A stretch of DNA of 64,000 nt from an uncultured Muribaculaceae bacterium. GTDB lineage: Bacteria; Bacillota_I; Bacilli_A; RF39; UBA660. Under the pieces are notes generated by a model that saw nothing but the letters and a program-made list of their open reading frames with translations, did not search any database and was not told the origin of the DNA. Of the stretch, positions 50,888 through 60,913 are shown in pieces; the stretch's first letter is position 1, and every line of letters starts with the position of its first letter. Location of the stretch: positions 15,259 through 79,258 of the forward strand of contig CAZRJK010000004.1 in assembly GCA_964600615.1 (NCBI GenBank), given 5' to 3'. Made by a program: the position numbers and the translations under genes.

Positions 50888-52963
50888 CTAATCACCAACT
50901 ATTTCAAAATCAATCATACTAGTATCCTTAGAAGCGCCAACACACTTAACCCTAACCTCATCTCCAAACGTATATTTATTCTTTTTATTTTTACTAATTA
51001 AACTTAAACTCTTCTCTATATATGCATAATTACCACCAGGCATATCTTCTATCTTAATAAGTCCCTCAATCGTATTATCTAATTCTACAAACATTCCAAA
51101 CTCTTGTACACCAGATATTACACCAACAAATTCTTCTCCAATATGATCTTCCATATATTCAGCCATCTTCATATCATCAACATCTCTCTCACAACTCTGA
51201 GCATCCTGTTCCTTAACAGAACAATGAACAGCCATCTCTGGAAGATTTTCTTCCCAATAAGAAATAACTTCATTATTATATTCTTTCATATAATCCTTAA
51301 CTAATCTATGTAAAATCAAATCAGGATATCTCCTAATAGGAGAAGTAAAATGCGAATAACATTTACTACCCAAACCAAAATGACCAATATTCTCATGTGA
51401 ATATACTGCCTTAGCCTGAGATCTAATCGCCATATCATTAAGTATCTTAGCATCAGGTTTGTCCTCTAATTGACTCAATATATGCTGTAAATCCTTACTA
51501 GTAATATCACATCTCTTACCATTAACAACATAACCTCTAGCCGTTAAAAAATCAAAGAAACTAGCTAACCTCTTTTCATCAGGCCTATCATGTACTCTAT
51601 AAATACCAGGAAGTTCTTGATAAAAAATATGACTACCAACCGTCTCATTAGCCGCAACCATAAAGTTTTCTATCATATTCTCCCCAGTTCCTTCATTTCT
51701 TACCTTAATCTCTAAAGGATGACATTTCTCATCAACAATAATCTTAGGTTCTGGACTAGTAAATTCTATATACCCATTTCTAACCATCTTAGCCCTAAGA
51801 ATATCAGATAACTCTTTCATCAATTTCAAATCAGAAACATAATCATCATAACCAGAAGCAATCTTATTATTATCTAAAATATCATTAACACAATTATAAG
51901 TCATCTGAATTCTACTTCTAATAACACTCTCAAATATATCATAACTAATAATCTTACCACGATTATCAATCTTCATAACACAAGACATAGCCAACCTATC
52001 AACATTAGGATTCAAAGAACATATCCCATTAGATAATTGATGAGGAAGCATAGGAATAACCCTATCAACTAAATATACACTAGTACCTCTCTCATAAGCC
52101 TCTTTATCTAACAAACTATCTTTTTTTACATAATAACTAACATCCGCAATATGAACACCTAACTCATATCCCTCATCTATCTTCTTAATACTAATCGCAT
52201 CATCTATATCCTTAGTATCATCACCATCAATAGTAAAAATAACCTCATCCCTTAAATCAACTCTCTTACTTATATCTTCATTATCTATATTATCAGGAAT
52301 ATCAGTTAAACTATCAATAACCTCTTCAGGAAACTTAGGATTAAATCCATATTTATAAACAAAAGATAAAATATCTACTCCAACATCATTCTTATGTCCA
52401 ATAACATGTAATATACTACCAATATATTTACTACCACTAATAGGCTTAACAACAACCTTATGGCCATCAACCAATCCCTTAGTAAATTCCTCAGATATTT
52501 CTATATCACTAATTTTTCTATCATCAGGCTTAACAAAACACTTATCATTAGCAAAATAAACAGTTCCAACAAAAGATCCCTCATCACGATCAAGAATCTT
52601 AATAATCTTACCTTCTGTTTTATCCCCAATAAGTTCTATTAAAACAGTATCATTATTTCTCGCATCATTTAAATTATCTTTATTAATATATATATCTTTC
52701 TTACCTTCACCAATAACTACAAAACCATATCCCTTAGGATTAACAATTAATTTCCCCTTTATTAAATGACTATTCTTTAAAAGCAAATATCGTTTCTTCT
52801 TTTCACTATAATAAAGAACACCATCTTTAACCATCTTATCTAAAACAGTTTCTAATTTTTTATAATCCTCAATCGTTGAAAAACCCAATTCATCATTTAT
52901 CTCAATTGCACTCATAGCAGGTTTCTCAAGATTATTAAGTAATTCTATAACTTGTTCTTCCAT
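50888..52963 (-). CDS. rnr: Ribonuclease R
   Basis: TIDGDDTKDIDDA, HIADVS, HFTSPIRRYPD, S1 domain; secG-rnr-smpB context. Confidence 0.95.
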   Translation of the reverse strand: MEEQVIELLNNLEKPAMSAIEINDELGFSTIEDYKKLETVLDKMVKDGVLYYSEKKKRYLLLKNSHLIKGKLIVNPKGYGFVVIGEGKKDIYINKDNLNDARNNDTVLIELIGDKTEGKIIKILDRDEGSFVGTVYFANDKCFVKPDDRKISDIEISEEFTKGLVDGHKVVVKPISGSKYIGSILHVIGHKNDVGVDILSFVYKYGFNPKFPEEVIDSLTDIPDNIDNEDISKRVDLRDEVIFTIDGDDTKDIDDAISIKKIDEGYELGVHIADVSYYVKKDSLLDKEAYERGTSVYLVDRVIPMLPHQLSNGICSLNPNVDRLAMSCVMKIDNRGKIISYDIFESVIRSRIQMTYNCVNDILDNNKIASGYDDYVSDLKLMKELSDILRAKMVRNGYIEFTSPEPKIIVDEKCHPLEIKVRNEGTGENMIENFMVAANETVGSHIFYQELPGIYRVHDRPDEKRLASFFDFLTARGYVVNGKRCDITSKDLQHILSQLEDKPDAKILNDMAIRSQAKAVYSHENIGHFGLGSKCYSHFTSPIRRYPDLILHRLVKDYMKEYNNEVISYWEENLPEMAVHCSVKEQDAQSCERDVDDMKMAEYMEDHIGEEFVGVISGVQEFGMFVELDNTIEGLIKIEDMPGGNYAYIEKSLSLISKNKKNKYTFGDEVRVKCVGASKDTSMIDFEIVGD

Positions 52964-53047
52964 AATTCCTCCTAGCAAACTCTTCTATAATTATAATATA
53001 AATAGGAACTTATTTCAATAAAATAACAAAAAAAAGACCCAACAGGT

Positions 53048-53266
53048 CTAATTTTTCAAAGATAAAAATAATGCTATAATAAAAAATGCAAATCCTAATA
53101 TCATAGTTAATCTACTAATAAATAATTCTAATCCTCTTTCTTTTCTATTAGCAAATAAACCACTAGCATCAGCTCCTACAATTTGTCCAGCAGCTTCAGC
53201 CTTACCACTTTGTAATAATACAATTAAAATTAATAAAATTGATATAATCAATAAAAGAATCTCCAT
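53048..53266 (-). CDS. secG: Preprotein translocase subunit SecG
   Basis: VLLQ.GK, LF...K.RG.E, two TM helices. Confidence 0.92.
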   Translation of the reverse strand: MEILLLIISILLILIVLLQSGKAEAAGQIVGADASGLFANRKERGLELFISRLTMILGFAFFIIALFLSLKN

Positions 53267-53346
53267 AATCTTCCTCCCACGAAGTAGATTATAGCATAAA
53301 AAACCAATTAATTCAAGGTAGATATTCTATTTTGTAAAAAAACATA

Positions 53347-53375
53347 TTGACATTAAAGCCAATAATTGATATAAT
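53347..53375 (+). promoter_or_regulatory. Consensus sigma-A promoter of the tRNA pair
   Basis: TTGACA-17nt-TATAAT with TG. Confidence 0.85.
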
Positions 53376-53388
53376 TTAACATGTTGAT

Positions 53389-53465
53389 GGGGAATTAGCT
53401 CAGCTGGCTAGAGCATCTGCCTTGCACGCAGGGGGTCAAGGGTTCGAATCCCTTATTCTCCACCA
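53389..53465 (+). tRNA. tRNA-Ala(TGC)
   Basis: Cloverleaf, G3:U70, anticodon loop CTTGCAC, TTCGAAT, encoded CCA. Confidence 0.97.
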
Positions 53466-53472
53466 TTTTTTT

Positions 53473-53549
53473 CGGGAAGTGGCTCAGCTTGGTAGAGCAT
53501 TTGGTTTGGGACCAAGGGGTCGCAGGTTCGAATCCTGTCTTCCCGACCA
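53473..53549 (+). tRNA. tRNA-Pro(TGG)
   Basis: CGGGAAG/CTTCCCG acceptor stem, loop TTTGGGA, encoded CCA. Confidence 0.97.
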
Positions 53550-53550
53550 T

Positions 53551-53589
53551 TAAAAAATTAAACTACTTAATTATAAGTAGTTTTTTTAT
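53551..53589 (+). repeat. Terminator-containing direct repeat, copy 1
   Basis: AACTACTTAATTATAAGTAGTTTTTTTAT (53561-53589) is identical to 54025-54053. Confidence 0.85.
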
Positions 53590-53690
53590 GTTCCAAAACA
53601 AAATGCATAACAAGTATATTTCTTGACATACAAATTTTAAAAAAAATATGATATAATGAAATTGTAAAAAATAGGAGGTGTATTTAGATT

Positions 53691-54026
53691 ATGAATAAAC
53701 AAACAAAACAAAATAACTATGGTGTAAAATCATTAATATGTTTAGGAATAAGTATTATATGTCTTATATTGTATTCCATGACATTTATAACTAATGAAAT
53801 AATACAGGGAATTTTCTTTTATGGAGGATTTATATTTGTTACTTTATCTTTTATTTTAAGTTTAATTGGTATAGCAAAAGATAAGAAAAAAACATTATCA
53901 ATAGTAAGCATTAGCATTTTAATATTATTTATAGTTGGAATTGTTTATTATATTAATGTTATATTACCAAAAGAAATTGAAGAAACCATTAATACATGGC
54001 AATCTTCTTGGGGAATAAAAAATTAA
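53691..54026 (+). CDS. Small multi-TM membrane protein
   Basis: AGGAGGTG RBS, three hydrophobic segments. Confidence 0.75.
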   Translation: MNKQTKQNNYGVKSLICLGISIICLILYSMTFITNEIIQGIFFYGGFIFVTLSFILSLIGIAKDKKKTLSIVSISILILFIVGIVYYINVILPKEIEETINTWQSSWGIKN

Positions 54027-54053
54027 CTACTTAATTATAAGTAGTTTTTTTAT
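54016..54053 (+). repeat. Terminator-containing direct repeat, copy 2
   Basis: Matches 53551-53589 except for a 1-nt indel. Confidence 0.85.
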
Positions 54054-54090
54054 ATTCAAACAAAAAAATATTAGAATTTCTAATATTTTT

Positions 54091-54855
54091 TTAATTTTCA
54101 TTATTTTCAATAATAACAAACTTTTCCACATTATTAACATCACTATAAGTATATTTAATATTACAGAAAACAATATCATTATACATTTCTTTAAATAAAT
54201 TACTATAATCAATCTCAATAGTATAAACATTATTAACTACATTAATTTTAATAGGAACAACATCTTCACCATTATATGATTGAATAACATCCTTAACTAA
54301 TAAATTATAAGAATAATTAGCTCTTACATCTTCCTCATCAACATGATCTAAACTAGCTTTCTTTATCAACTTTTTAACACTATCTAATTCAATATATTTA
54401 TAAGAAATAAGCTCATAAACTGTACTAACATCTATAAATTTATAATTATCTTCATTTTTTATATAATACTCTGAAGATACCTTATAAAAAGTTTCAGAAT
54501 TATTTATCTCAATTATCATGTTTTCATCAACACTTTTACCCTTATAAGTATACTTAACGTCCTCATCATGATTATTATCTTTTTTTATCTTAGCATTCAT
54601 TTCAACCAAATAATTATAATTACTATTAATATTATCCAACACATTACCAACACTATTCTCACTTATCTTTCCATTACTATCAATAGAATTATCATAATTA
54701 TAATTATTACCAACATGACTAGTATTAACATAAACAACAACTATAATAATAAACAAAGCATAAACAACCAATTGTATTTTAGCATTATATTTCTTATCAT
54801 TCTTATACTTATACCAAAATGACTCTTTCTTTACATTTTTTTCGTTATCATCCAT
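54091..54855 (-). CDS. Hypothetical membrane-anchored protein
   Basis: Single N-proximal TM; overlaps the fmt stop. Confidence 0.7.
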   Translation of the reverse strand: MDDNEKNVKKESFWYKYKNDKKYNAKIQLVVYALFIIIVVVYVNTSHVGNNYNYDNSIDSNGKISENSVGNVLDNINSNYNYLVEMNAKIKKDNNHDEDVKYTYKGKSVDENMIIEINNSETFYKVSSEYYIKNEDNYKFIDVSTVYELISYKYIELDSVKKLIKKASLDHVDEEDVRANYSYNLLVKDVIQSYNGEDVVPIKINVVNNVYTIEIDYSNLFKEMYNDIVFCNIKYTYSDVNNVEKFVIIENNEN

Positions 54856-55795
54856 GATTAAACACCTTACCTATTAAATTATCTTTTTTTATACCATTAA
54901 GATAGTCATATACTTTACATCTATTTTTTCCCTCTACAGCAATATCTTTTATTTTTATTAACTTACTACCAGTATTACAAATAATACCATCCTTATCTAA
55001 AGAAATAATTTTACCAACTTCTCCATCAGAATCTTTATCTAATATTTCAACTTCATAAATCTTTACCCTTTTACCATCAAGATAACAAAAAGCTCCAGGA
55101 ATAGGATTTAATCCCCTAACTAAATTTTTAATATCTAAAGCACTTAAAGAAAAATCAATTAACATATCCTCTTTATTAACATTATATCCAAAAGTAACTT
55201 TATCCTCATCTTGCTTAGTCCTAACACAACTACCATCTATTATACTAGGCAAAGTTTTTATTAGCAAATCTCTCCCCAATATAGACATTTTATCATATAA
55301 ATCACCCAATATCATATCATCATCTATCTTAATAGATTCCTGACTAATAATATCACCAGCATCCATCTTACTACTCATATCCATAATTGTAATACCAGTT
55401 TCTTTATATCCCCTAATAATAGCCCAATGAATAGGAGCCCCACCTCTTAACTCAGGAAGTAAAGAACCATGAACATTTATACAACCATATTTAGGATATT
55501 CTAATATAACATTAGGAATAATCTGCCCATAAGCACAAGTAATAATAATATCAGGCTTACTATCAATTATTTCTTGATAATTTTCTCTTAACCTAACAGG
55601 TTGAAAAATAGGAATATTATTATCCATCGCCACAATCTTTGTATCAGGATATTCAATCTCACCCTTACGATTCTTCTTCCTATCAGGCTGACAAACGACT
55701 AATACAACATTATATCCATCAATTAAACTCTTAAGTATAGGAACAGCAAAACTAGGTGTTCCCATAAATACAACTCTAATTTCCTTAGTATTCAT
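54848..55795 (-). CDS. fmt: Methionyl-tRNA formyltransferase
   Basis: FMGTP.FA, QPD, AYGQI, INVHGSLLP..RGGAPI, MDAGD. Confidence 0.96.
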   Translation of the reverse strand: MNTKEIRVVFMGTPSFAVPILKSLIDGYNVVLVVCQPDRKKNRKGEIEYPDTKIVAMDNNIPIFQPVRLRENYQEIIDSKPDIIITCAYGQIIPNVILEYPKYGCINVHGSLLPELRGGAPIHWAIIRGYKETGITIMDMSSKMDAGDIISQESIKIDDDMILGDLYDKMSILGRDLLIKTLPSIIDGSCVRTKQDEDKVTFGYNVNKEDMLIDFSLSALDIKNLVRGLNPIPGAFCYLDGKRVKIYEVEILDKDSDGEVGKIISLDKDGIICNTGSKLIKIKDIAVEGKNRCKVYDYLNGIKKDNLIGKVFNHG

Positions 55796-55907
55796 ATTAC
55801 ACCCTTTCTACTAAAAAGATTATAACAAAAAAAAACAAAAATATCTACTATTTATTATCAATTTGTAACTTTAAAAAAACTATGTTAAAATAACACCAGG
55901 TGATTAT

Positions 55908-56840
55908 ATGTTTAAATATTCATTAGATAACAAAAGATATCACACCTTAAATTACCATATGAAACAAAAATACAATAACAAAGTAGTAAAAATAAGTTTA
56001 AACGCAGGATTTACTTGTCCTAATATAGATGGAACTAAAGGTTATGGAGGATGCATATATTGTTCCAAACTAGGTAGTGGTGACTTTGGTGGAGATAAAA
56101 ATAAACCCATAATAGAACAATTCAATGACATAAAAAAAATAATAGATAAAAAATGGCCAAATAGCAAATATATAGCCTACTTTCAAGCCAGAACTAATAC
56201 CTATGCCCCAATAGATATCCTAAAAGAAAAATATGAAAGCATCTTAAAACTAGATAACGTAATAGGAATATCAATTGCCACTAGAGCAGATGCTATAACA
56301 GATGAATGTCTAGATTATTTAAAAAAGCTAAGCAAAAAAACTAATCTAACCATTGAATTAGGCTTACAAACAATTCACGAAAAAACATCTAAACTAATAA
56401 ATAGATGTCATACTCTAAAAGAATTTGAAGAAACATATAAAAAATTAAAAGAAAATAATATCGAAACAGTAGTCCATATCATAAATGGACTACCATATGA
56501 AACAGAAGAAATGATGTTAGAAACAGTAAAATATTTAAACAAACTGAATATAGATGGTATAAAAATACACATGCTAAACATAATAAAAGATACACCATTA
56601 GAAAAATTATATCAAAAAGAAAAATTTCATATATTAACTAAAGAAGAATATATAGATATCGTAATTAAACAATTAGAATTACTAAATCCCAAAACAGTAA
56701 TTCATAGAATAACATCAGATCCTAATCCTAAAGAATTAATAGAACCAAAATGGTTAATAAAAAAATTTTGTGTCTTAAATGACATAGATAAAGAAATGGT
56801 AAAAAGAAATACTTATCAAGGAAAAAAAATACAAGAATAA
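55908..56840 (+). CDS. TIGR01212 (YhcC/YtqA) radical SAM protein
   Basis: GFTCPNIDG..GYGGCIYC, YFQA.TNTY, ELGLQT. Confidence 0.92.
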   Translation: MFKYSLDNKRYHTLNYHMKQKYNNKVVKISLNAGFTCPNIDGTKGYGGCIYCSKLGSGDFGGDKNKPIIEQFNDIKKIIDKKWPNSKYIAYFQARTNTYAPIDILKEKYESILKLDNVIGISIATRADAITDECLDYLKKLSKKTNLTIELGLQTIHEKTSKLINRCHTLKEFEETYKKLKENNIETVVHIINGLPYETEEMMLETVKYLNKLNIDGIKIHMLNIIKDTPLEKLYQKEKFHILTKEEYIDIVIKQLELLNPKTVIHRITSDPNPKELIEPKWLIKKFCVLNDIDKEMVKRNTYQGKKIQE

Positions 56841-56855
56841 ACTTCTTGTATTTTA

Positions 56856-57593
56856 TTAATCAAAACTAGCTTTAATTTGGCTACCAGAAGAAGACATAAA
56901 AGTAACTAGTCCCGTATAAACAACTTGATTTCTTTGAGCAAAACTCTGATTAGTATCATCATCCCAAATCCACATCATAACATAAAAATCAACTGTTCTA
57001 TTTACTCCACCAATTTCTTCTCCAGAAACAAACAAAGAATCATAATCATCTTCACGGTTCAGTTGCGAATAATCACTAGAAACCATAGAACCAGTCTTAA
57101 TATAATTTCTTTCAACAAAAGAAGCATCTAACATATCTTCTTTAGTAAAATTAGTACCAAATACATGTGCAACAGCAGGTTGCCCAGTAACAGAATCAGT
57201 ATAATTAACATCCTTAGGATAAACTCTAGTATACCTAGTTTCAATTCCATCAATAGGATTAGTTGTAATATAACCATCAACAATTATTGAATTATCAGAA
57301 TTATTCTCCAAAGTAATCTTATAAATCTGGCATCCAATTTTTTTATTATCATCATAACATAATTGTTCAGCAGCATAAGGAGCTTCAATATTCTTCATAG
57401 GAACAAGTCCAAAAGTCAAATCCAAAGAAGTAACCTTACTAACATTTAAACTAAAATTAGTAAAATTAGATTCTCCCTTAACAACATTATCAACAGAACT
57501 ACCCGCTATAAAAAAAGCATAAGTAGCACCAACAATCACAATAGACAAAAATACACAAGTAATAAAAACATAAAACATTTTTTTATCTTTCAT
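56856..57593 (-). CDS. Secreted protein with SipW-type signal peptide (TasA/CalY-like single domain)
   Basis: TM then VGATYAFF; LVP, CxDxxxxxxCQIYK, V.MWI..D...Q. Confidence 0.75.
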   Translation of the reverse strand: MKDKKMFYVFITCVFLSIVIVGATYAFFIAGSSVDNVVKGESNFTNFSLNVSKVTSLDLTFGLVPMKNIEAPYAAEQLCYDDNKKIGCQIYKITLENNSDNSIIVDGYITTNPIDGIETRYTRVYPKDVNYTDSVTGQPAVAHVFGTNFTKEDMLDASFVERNYIKTGSMVSSDYSQLNREDDYDSLFVSGEEIGGVNRTVDFYVMMWIWDDDTNQSFAQRNQVVYTGLVTFMSSSGSQIKASFD

Positions 57594-57687
57594 AATATCA
57601 CCTATTATCTATAAAAAATTATATCAAACGAACAAAAAAAAAGCAATACAAAGATTGCTTTTTCATTTAATTAATCATTATACAAAA

Positions 57688-58665
57688 CTATGATGTAGCT
57701 TTTGCAATACCAGTAAATGTAGCAGATACTTGGCCACCAGAACCATATTGGAATGTAACAGTTCCACCGAAGAAGTTCTCAGCACTACCCTCAGCAGCAT
57801 TTTGAACTAAACCATTCTCATGTAACCATACTACAAAGAATAACTCTTTAACATCATCTCCACTAGGATCACCAGTTGGAGCTACATTTTGATTAAATAC
57901 CAAAGCATCAGTAAGATCAGCATGTGTATAAACACGACTAGAAGTATTACCAGTAGAACTAATTCTTATATAATTGCGACCAATTACTGGAAGACTATTA
58001 CCACCAATACTAGCAGTATTATTAATACTACTAGCTGCTAAAGTACCACTTGTTTGACCATCATCAACATAAATGTTACTAAGACTATGTGGATCATTAC
58101 CTGAAATACTTAAAGGTGACATTGACAACTCACTAGAAGCACCTAAATCAGTATTACCACCAGTAGAATAAGTATAGTTACCTTCAGAACCAGATCTAAA
58201 TACCTGAGCCCATCTCATTGTTGTTGGCGCAGTACTAACATCAGTAGATGCAGTAGCATCAGCCAAACCACCAGTCAATGTAATATAACCATCAAGTAAT
58301 AAATCTGATGAAGAAGTATTAGTAAGTACTACTTTATAAATTTGACAAACAGAATTTCCTTTTTCATCAACACAAGGAACTTTATTAGCACCGTTTTCAA
58401 CACCAGGTTGTCCACCAACCGAAACAGCTTGTTGAACCATTAAATTAGACATAGGTATCAATCCACCATTAGTTTGATCAGTAGTTTCCTCTCTTTCAAC
58501 TCTTAAACCAAAAGATACAGATGCAGCATTACCAGTAATATCACCAGTATTACTTTGTTGTGAAGCAGTAAAGTAAGCAAATGTTGCTCCAATTATAGCA
58601 ACAACTAAAGTAGCTACACCAATAACTCCATAAAAAATCCCCCTACCATTTTTATTATTATCCAT
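57688..58665 (-). CDS. Secreted protein with SipW-type signal peptide, candidate major fibre subunit
   Basis: GVATLVVAIIGATFAYF; LIP, CxDxxxxxxCQIYK, VVWL.E...Q; strong GAGGAGG RBS. Confidence 0.78.
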   Translation of the reverse strand: MDNNKNGRGIFYGVIGVATLVVAIIGATFAYFTASQQSNTGDITGNAASVSFGLRVEREETTDQTNGGLIPMSNLMVQQAVSVGGQPGVENGANKVPCVDEKGNSVCQIYKVVLTNTSSSDLLLDGYITLTGGLADATASTDVSTAPTTMRWAQVFRSGSEGNYTYSTGGNTDLGASSELSMSPLSISGNDPHSLSNIYVDDGQTSGTLAASSINNTASIGGNSLPVIGRNYIRISSTGNTSSRVYTHADLTDALVFNQNVAPTGDPSGDDVKELFFVVWLHENGLVQNAAEGSAENFFGGTVTFQYGSGGQVSATFTGIAKATS

Positions 58666-58751
58666 TAATTATCCTCCTCTACTATGAATATAGTATAGCA
58701 AATAAAATATTAAAAATCAATAGATTTAAAAACTTTTTTCTACAAATTTAT

Positions 58752-60065
58752 CTAATGAAACATATTAACAAAAAAAGTTACATCAGAAGAACTATAAATA
58801 AATAAATAATTATTAATTATATATCCTGTAATCTCTCTATTAACCTGATTAAAATCTTGCACAGTCTCACTACTATCAATCATAAATAAACACTTATTTT
58901 TCTTACAATAATTATCTATTTCTTCCACATACACTTTACTACCATTATATCCCATATTACCATCATTAATTAGATCATATTTATTAATAGGTATTCCATA
59001 CTCTAACTTATATAAATAAGCATTACTAGCCAAAATATACAATCTATAATCCTTATATTCATCTATATAATTATGTACCAAATCAAACTCATAATTAGTA
59101 AATTTAGGTAATCTCTTACCATTTATAAAACTCTTATCATTTAAATATATACTACCCCTATCATCATAAAAAGAATAAATAATTTGTATATAAAAAGTAA
59201 TAACAAAAGTACCAATCATCAATCCAAAAAAATATCTCACTAATTTTTTATAATTACCTAAAACATAATATATAACAGGAACAAATCCCCAAAAAAAATG
59301 TGAAGGTTCAAAAATAGGAACAACTATTACTTGAAATAACATAATATATAACAAGCTTCTTTTTTTAGATTTAAGAAAAGCAACAAATAAATAACCAACA
59401 ACTATAATTTCAACAATAAAAAACAACAAAAAACTATCATTAGAATTATTAGTAAAATCTAACATTCCTAAAAAACAATAATTTACAAATTCAAAAAAAT
59501 TATTATTAATAACCAAATATAACAATAATAATAAACAAAAAACCAAATAAACACATATAGTTTTTTTCTTTTTCTTAGAATAAATAATACTAGGAATAAT
59601 TAAAATTCCCATCGTTTGCTTAGTTAAAATCATTAAACTAACAATAATAGCAATCAGTATATCATTTTCTTTATCTATATAACACAAAAGAATCATAAAT
59701 AGAAACAAACAAAAAATATTATAACCATTATGAGGATAAATAAGTAGTAACAAATATATAAATAAAGCCTTATACCCAATTTTTTTATAGCAAATATAAG
59801 TGATTCCTGCAATAAGTATACTAATTATTACATAATAAGTAATCAAATGATTACCAATAAAATAAACAGGAATAGAAACCAAATATGGCCATAAAGGAGG
59901 AACAATCATATTATAATCTAAATACGGTATCAATCCCTTACTTATATTATAAGCAAATCCATAATTCCAAATCCCATCCATATTTAATGGTAACATTCTA
60001 TAAATATACCAAGGAGAAAAAACAACCAAACCTAATAAAACAAAGTATTTATAAACTTTTTTCAC
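58752..60065 (-). CDS. Polytopic membrane protein, possibly GT-C fold glycosyltransferase
   Basis: D..WNY......I..G..PY.D.....PPL first loop, KQ motif, about 10 TMs. Confidence 0.6.
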   Translation of the reverse strand: MKKVYKYFVLLGLVVFSPWYIYRMLPLNMDGIWNYGFAYNISKGLIPYLDYNMIVPPLWPYLVSIPVYFIGNHLITYYVIISILIAGITYICYKKIGYKALFIYLLLLIYPHNGYNIFCLFLFMILLCYIDKENDILIAIIVSLMILTKQTMGILIIPSIIYSKKKKKTICVYLVFCLLLLLYLVINNNFFEFVNYCFLGMLDFTNNSNDSFLLFFIVEIIVVGYLFVAFLKSKKRSLLYIMLFQVIVVPIFEPSHFFWGFVPVIYYVLGNYKKLVRYFFGLMIGTFVITFYIQIIYSFYDDRGSIYLNDKSFINGKRLPKFTNYEFDLVHNYIDEYKDYRLYILASNAYLYKLEYGIPINKYDLINDGNMGYNGSKVYVEEIDNYCKKNKCLFMIDSSETVQDFNQVNREITGYIINNYLFIYSSSDVTFFVNMFH

Positions 60066-60772
60066 TATTTCTTCTTTACTAATAATTCTACCTTAGAATA
60101 TAATTCTTCATTAATACTCTTAATAGATCTAATCTTATTATCAGGAGCACAATTAATAATATCAAACTTATAAATATCAGATAATTCAAAATATGCATGT
60201 TCAGCATTAACTAAATGCTCCTTACTAGCTTCATGTTGATCCATACGTTCCTTGCGACTTTCCTTTAATTCTACCGCAGCTTCATATGGAACATATAAAA
60301 ATATAACTTTATCAGGTTTAGGCATTTCTAATATTTCAAATTCTAATAACTCCATTTTCTTATAAAAAGCATATCTCTCCTCACCATTACTAATCTTTCC
60401 TCCTTGATGAGCTAAATTAGAATAAATATACCTATCCAATATCACATTAATACCATTATCTAATAATTCCACTATCTTATCCCTATTATATCTCCTATCA
60501 GCAGCATAATATAATGAAGAAGTAAGATAATCAACATTACTAGCTCCCTCTTTAAATAAACCCCTAATATTATCTTTAAATAAAGAATTACAATAATCTT
60601 CCTTACCCAAATAACAAGTAGCAATTATCTTACCAGTAGGTGTATCATACATTGGAAAAGATAAATGCTTAGTAGCTATATTTAAACTATTAAGTTTCTT
60701 CTCCAATAACAAAGTTTGTGTTTCTTTACCAGAACAATCAGTACCCTCTATTACAATTAATTTCCCTCTCAT
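60065..60772 (-). CDS. tmk: Thymidylate kinase
   Basis: IEGTDCSGKETQ, FP.Y, YAADR, DRY..SN.AHQ. Confidence 0.9.
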   Translation of the reverse strand: MRGKLIVIEGTDCSGKETQTLLLEKKLNSLNIATKHLSFPMYDTPTGKIIATCYLGKEDYCNSLFKDNIRGLFKEGASNVDYLTSSLYYAADRRYNRDKIVELLDNGINVILDRYIYSNLAHQGGKISNGEERYAFYKKMELLEFEILEMPKPDKVIFLYVPYEAAVELKESRKERMDQHEASKEHLVNAEHAYFELSDIYKFDIINCAPDNKIRSIKSINEELYSKVELLVKKK

Positions 60773-60913
60773 AATTACTCCTTTCTAGAATAAAAGTTAT
60801 TATCAATCATATAAATAATATCATACATATAAACATATTTGTTACTAATTAACAAATATGATAACTTGTGTAAAATAAGAATTAATGATATACTACAAAA
60901 GAAAGGTGATAAA

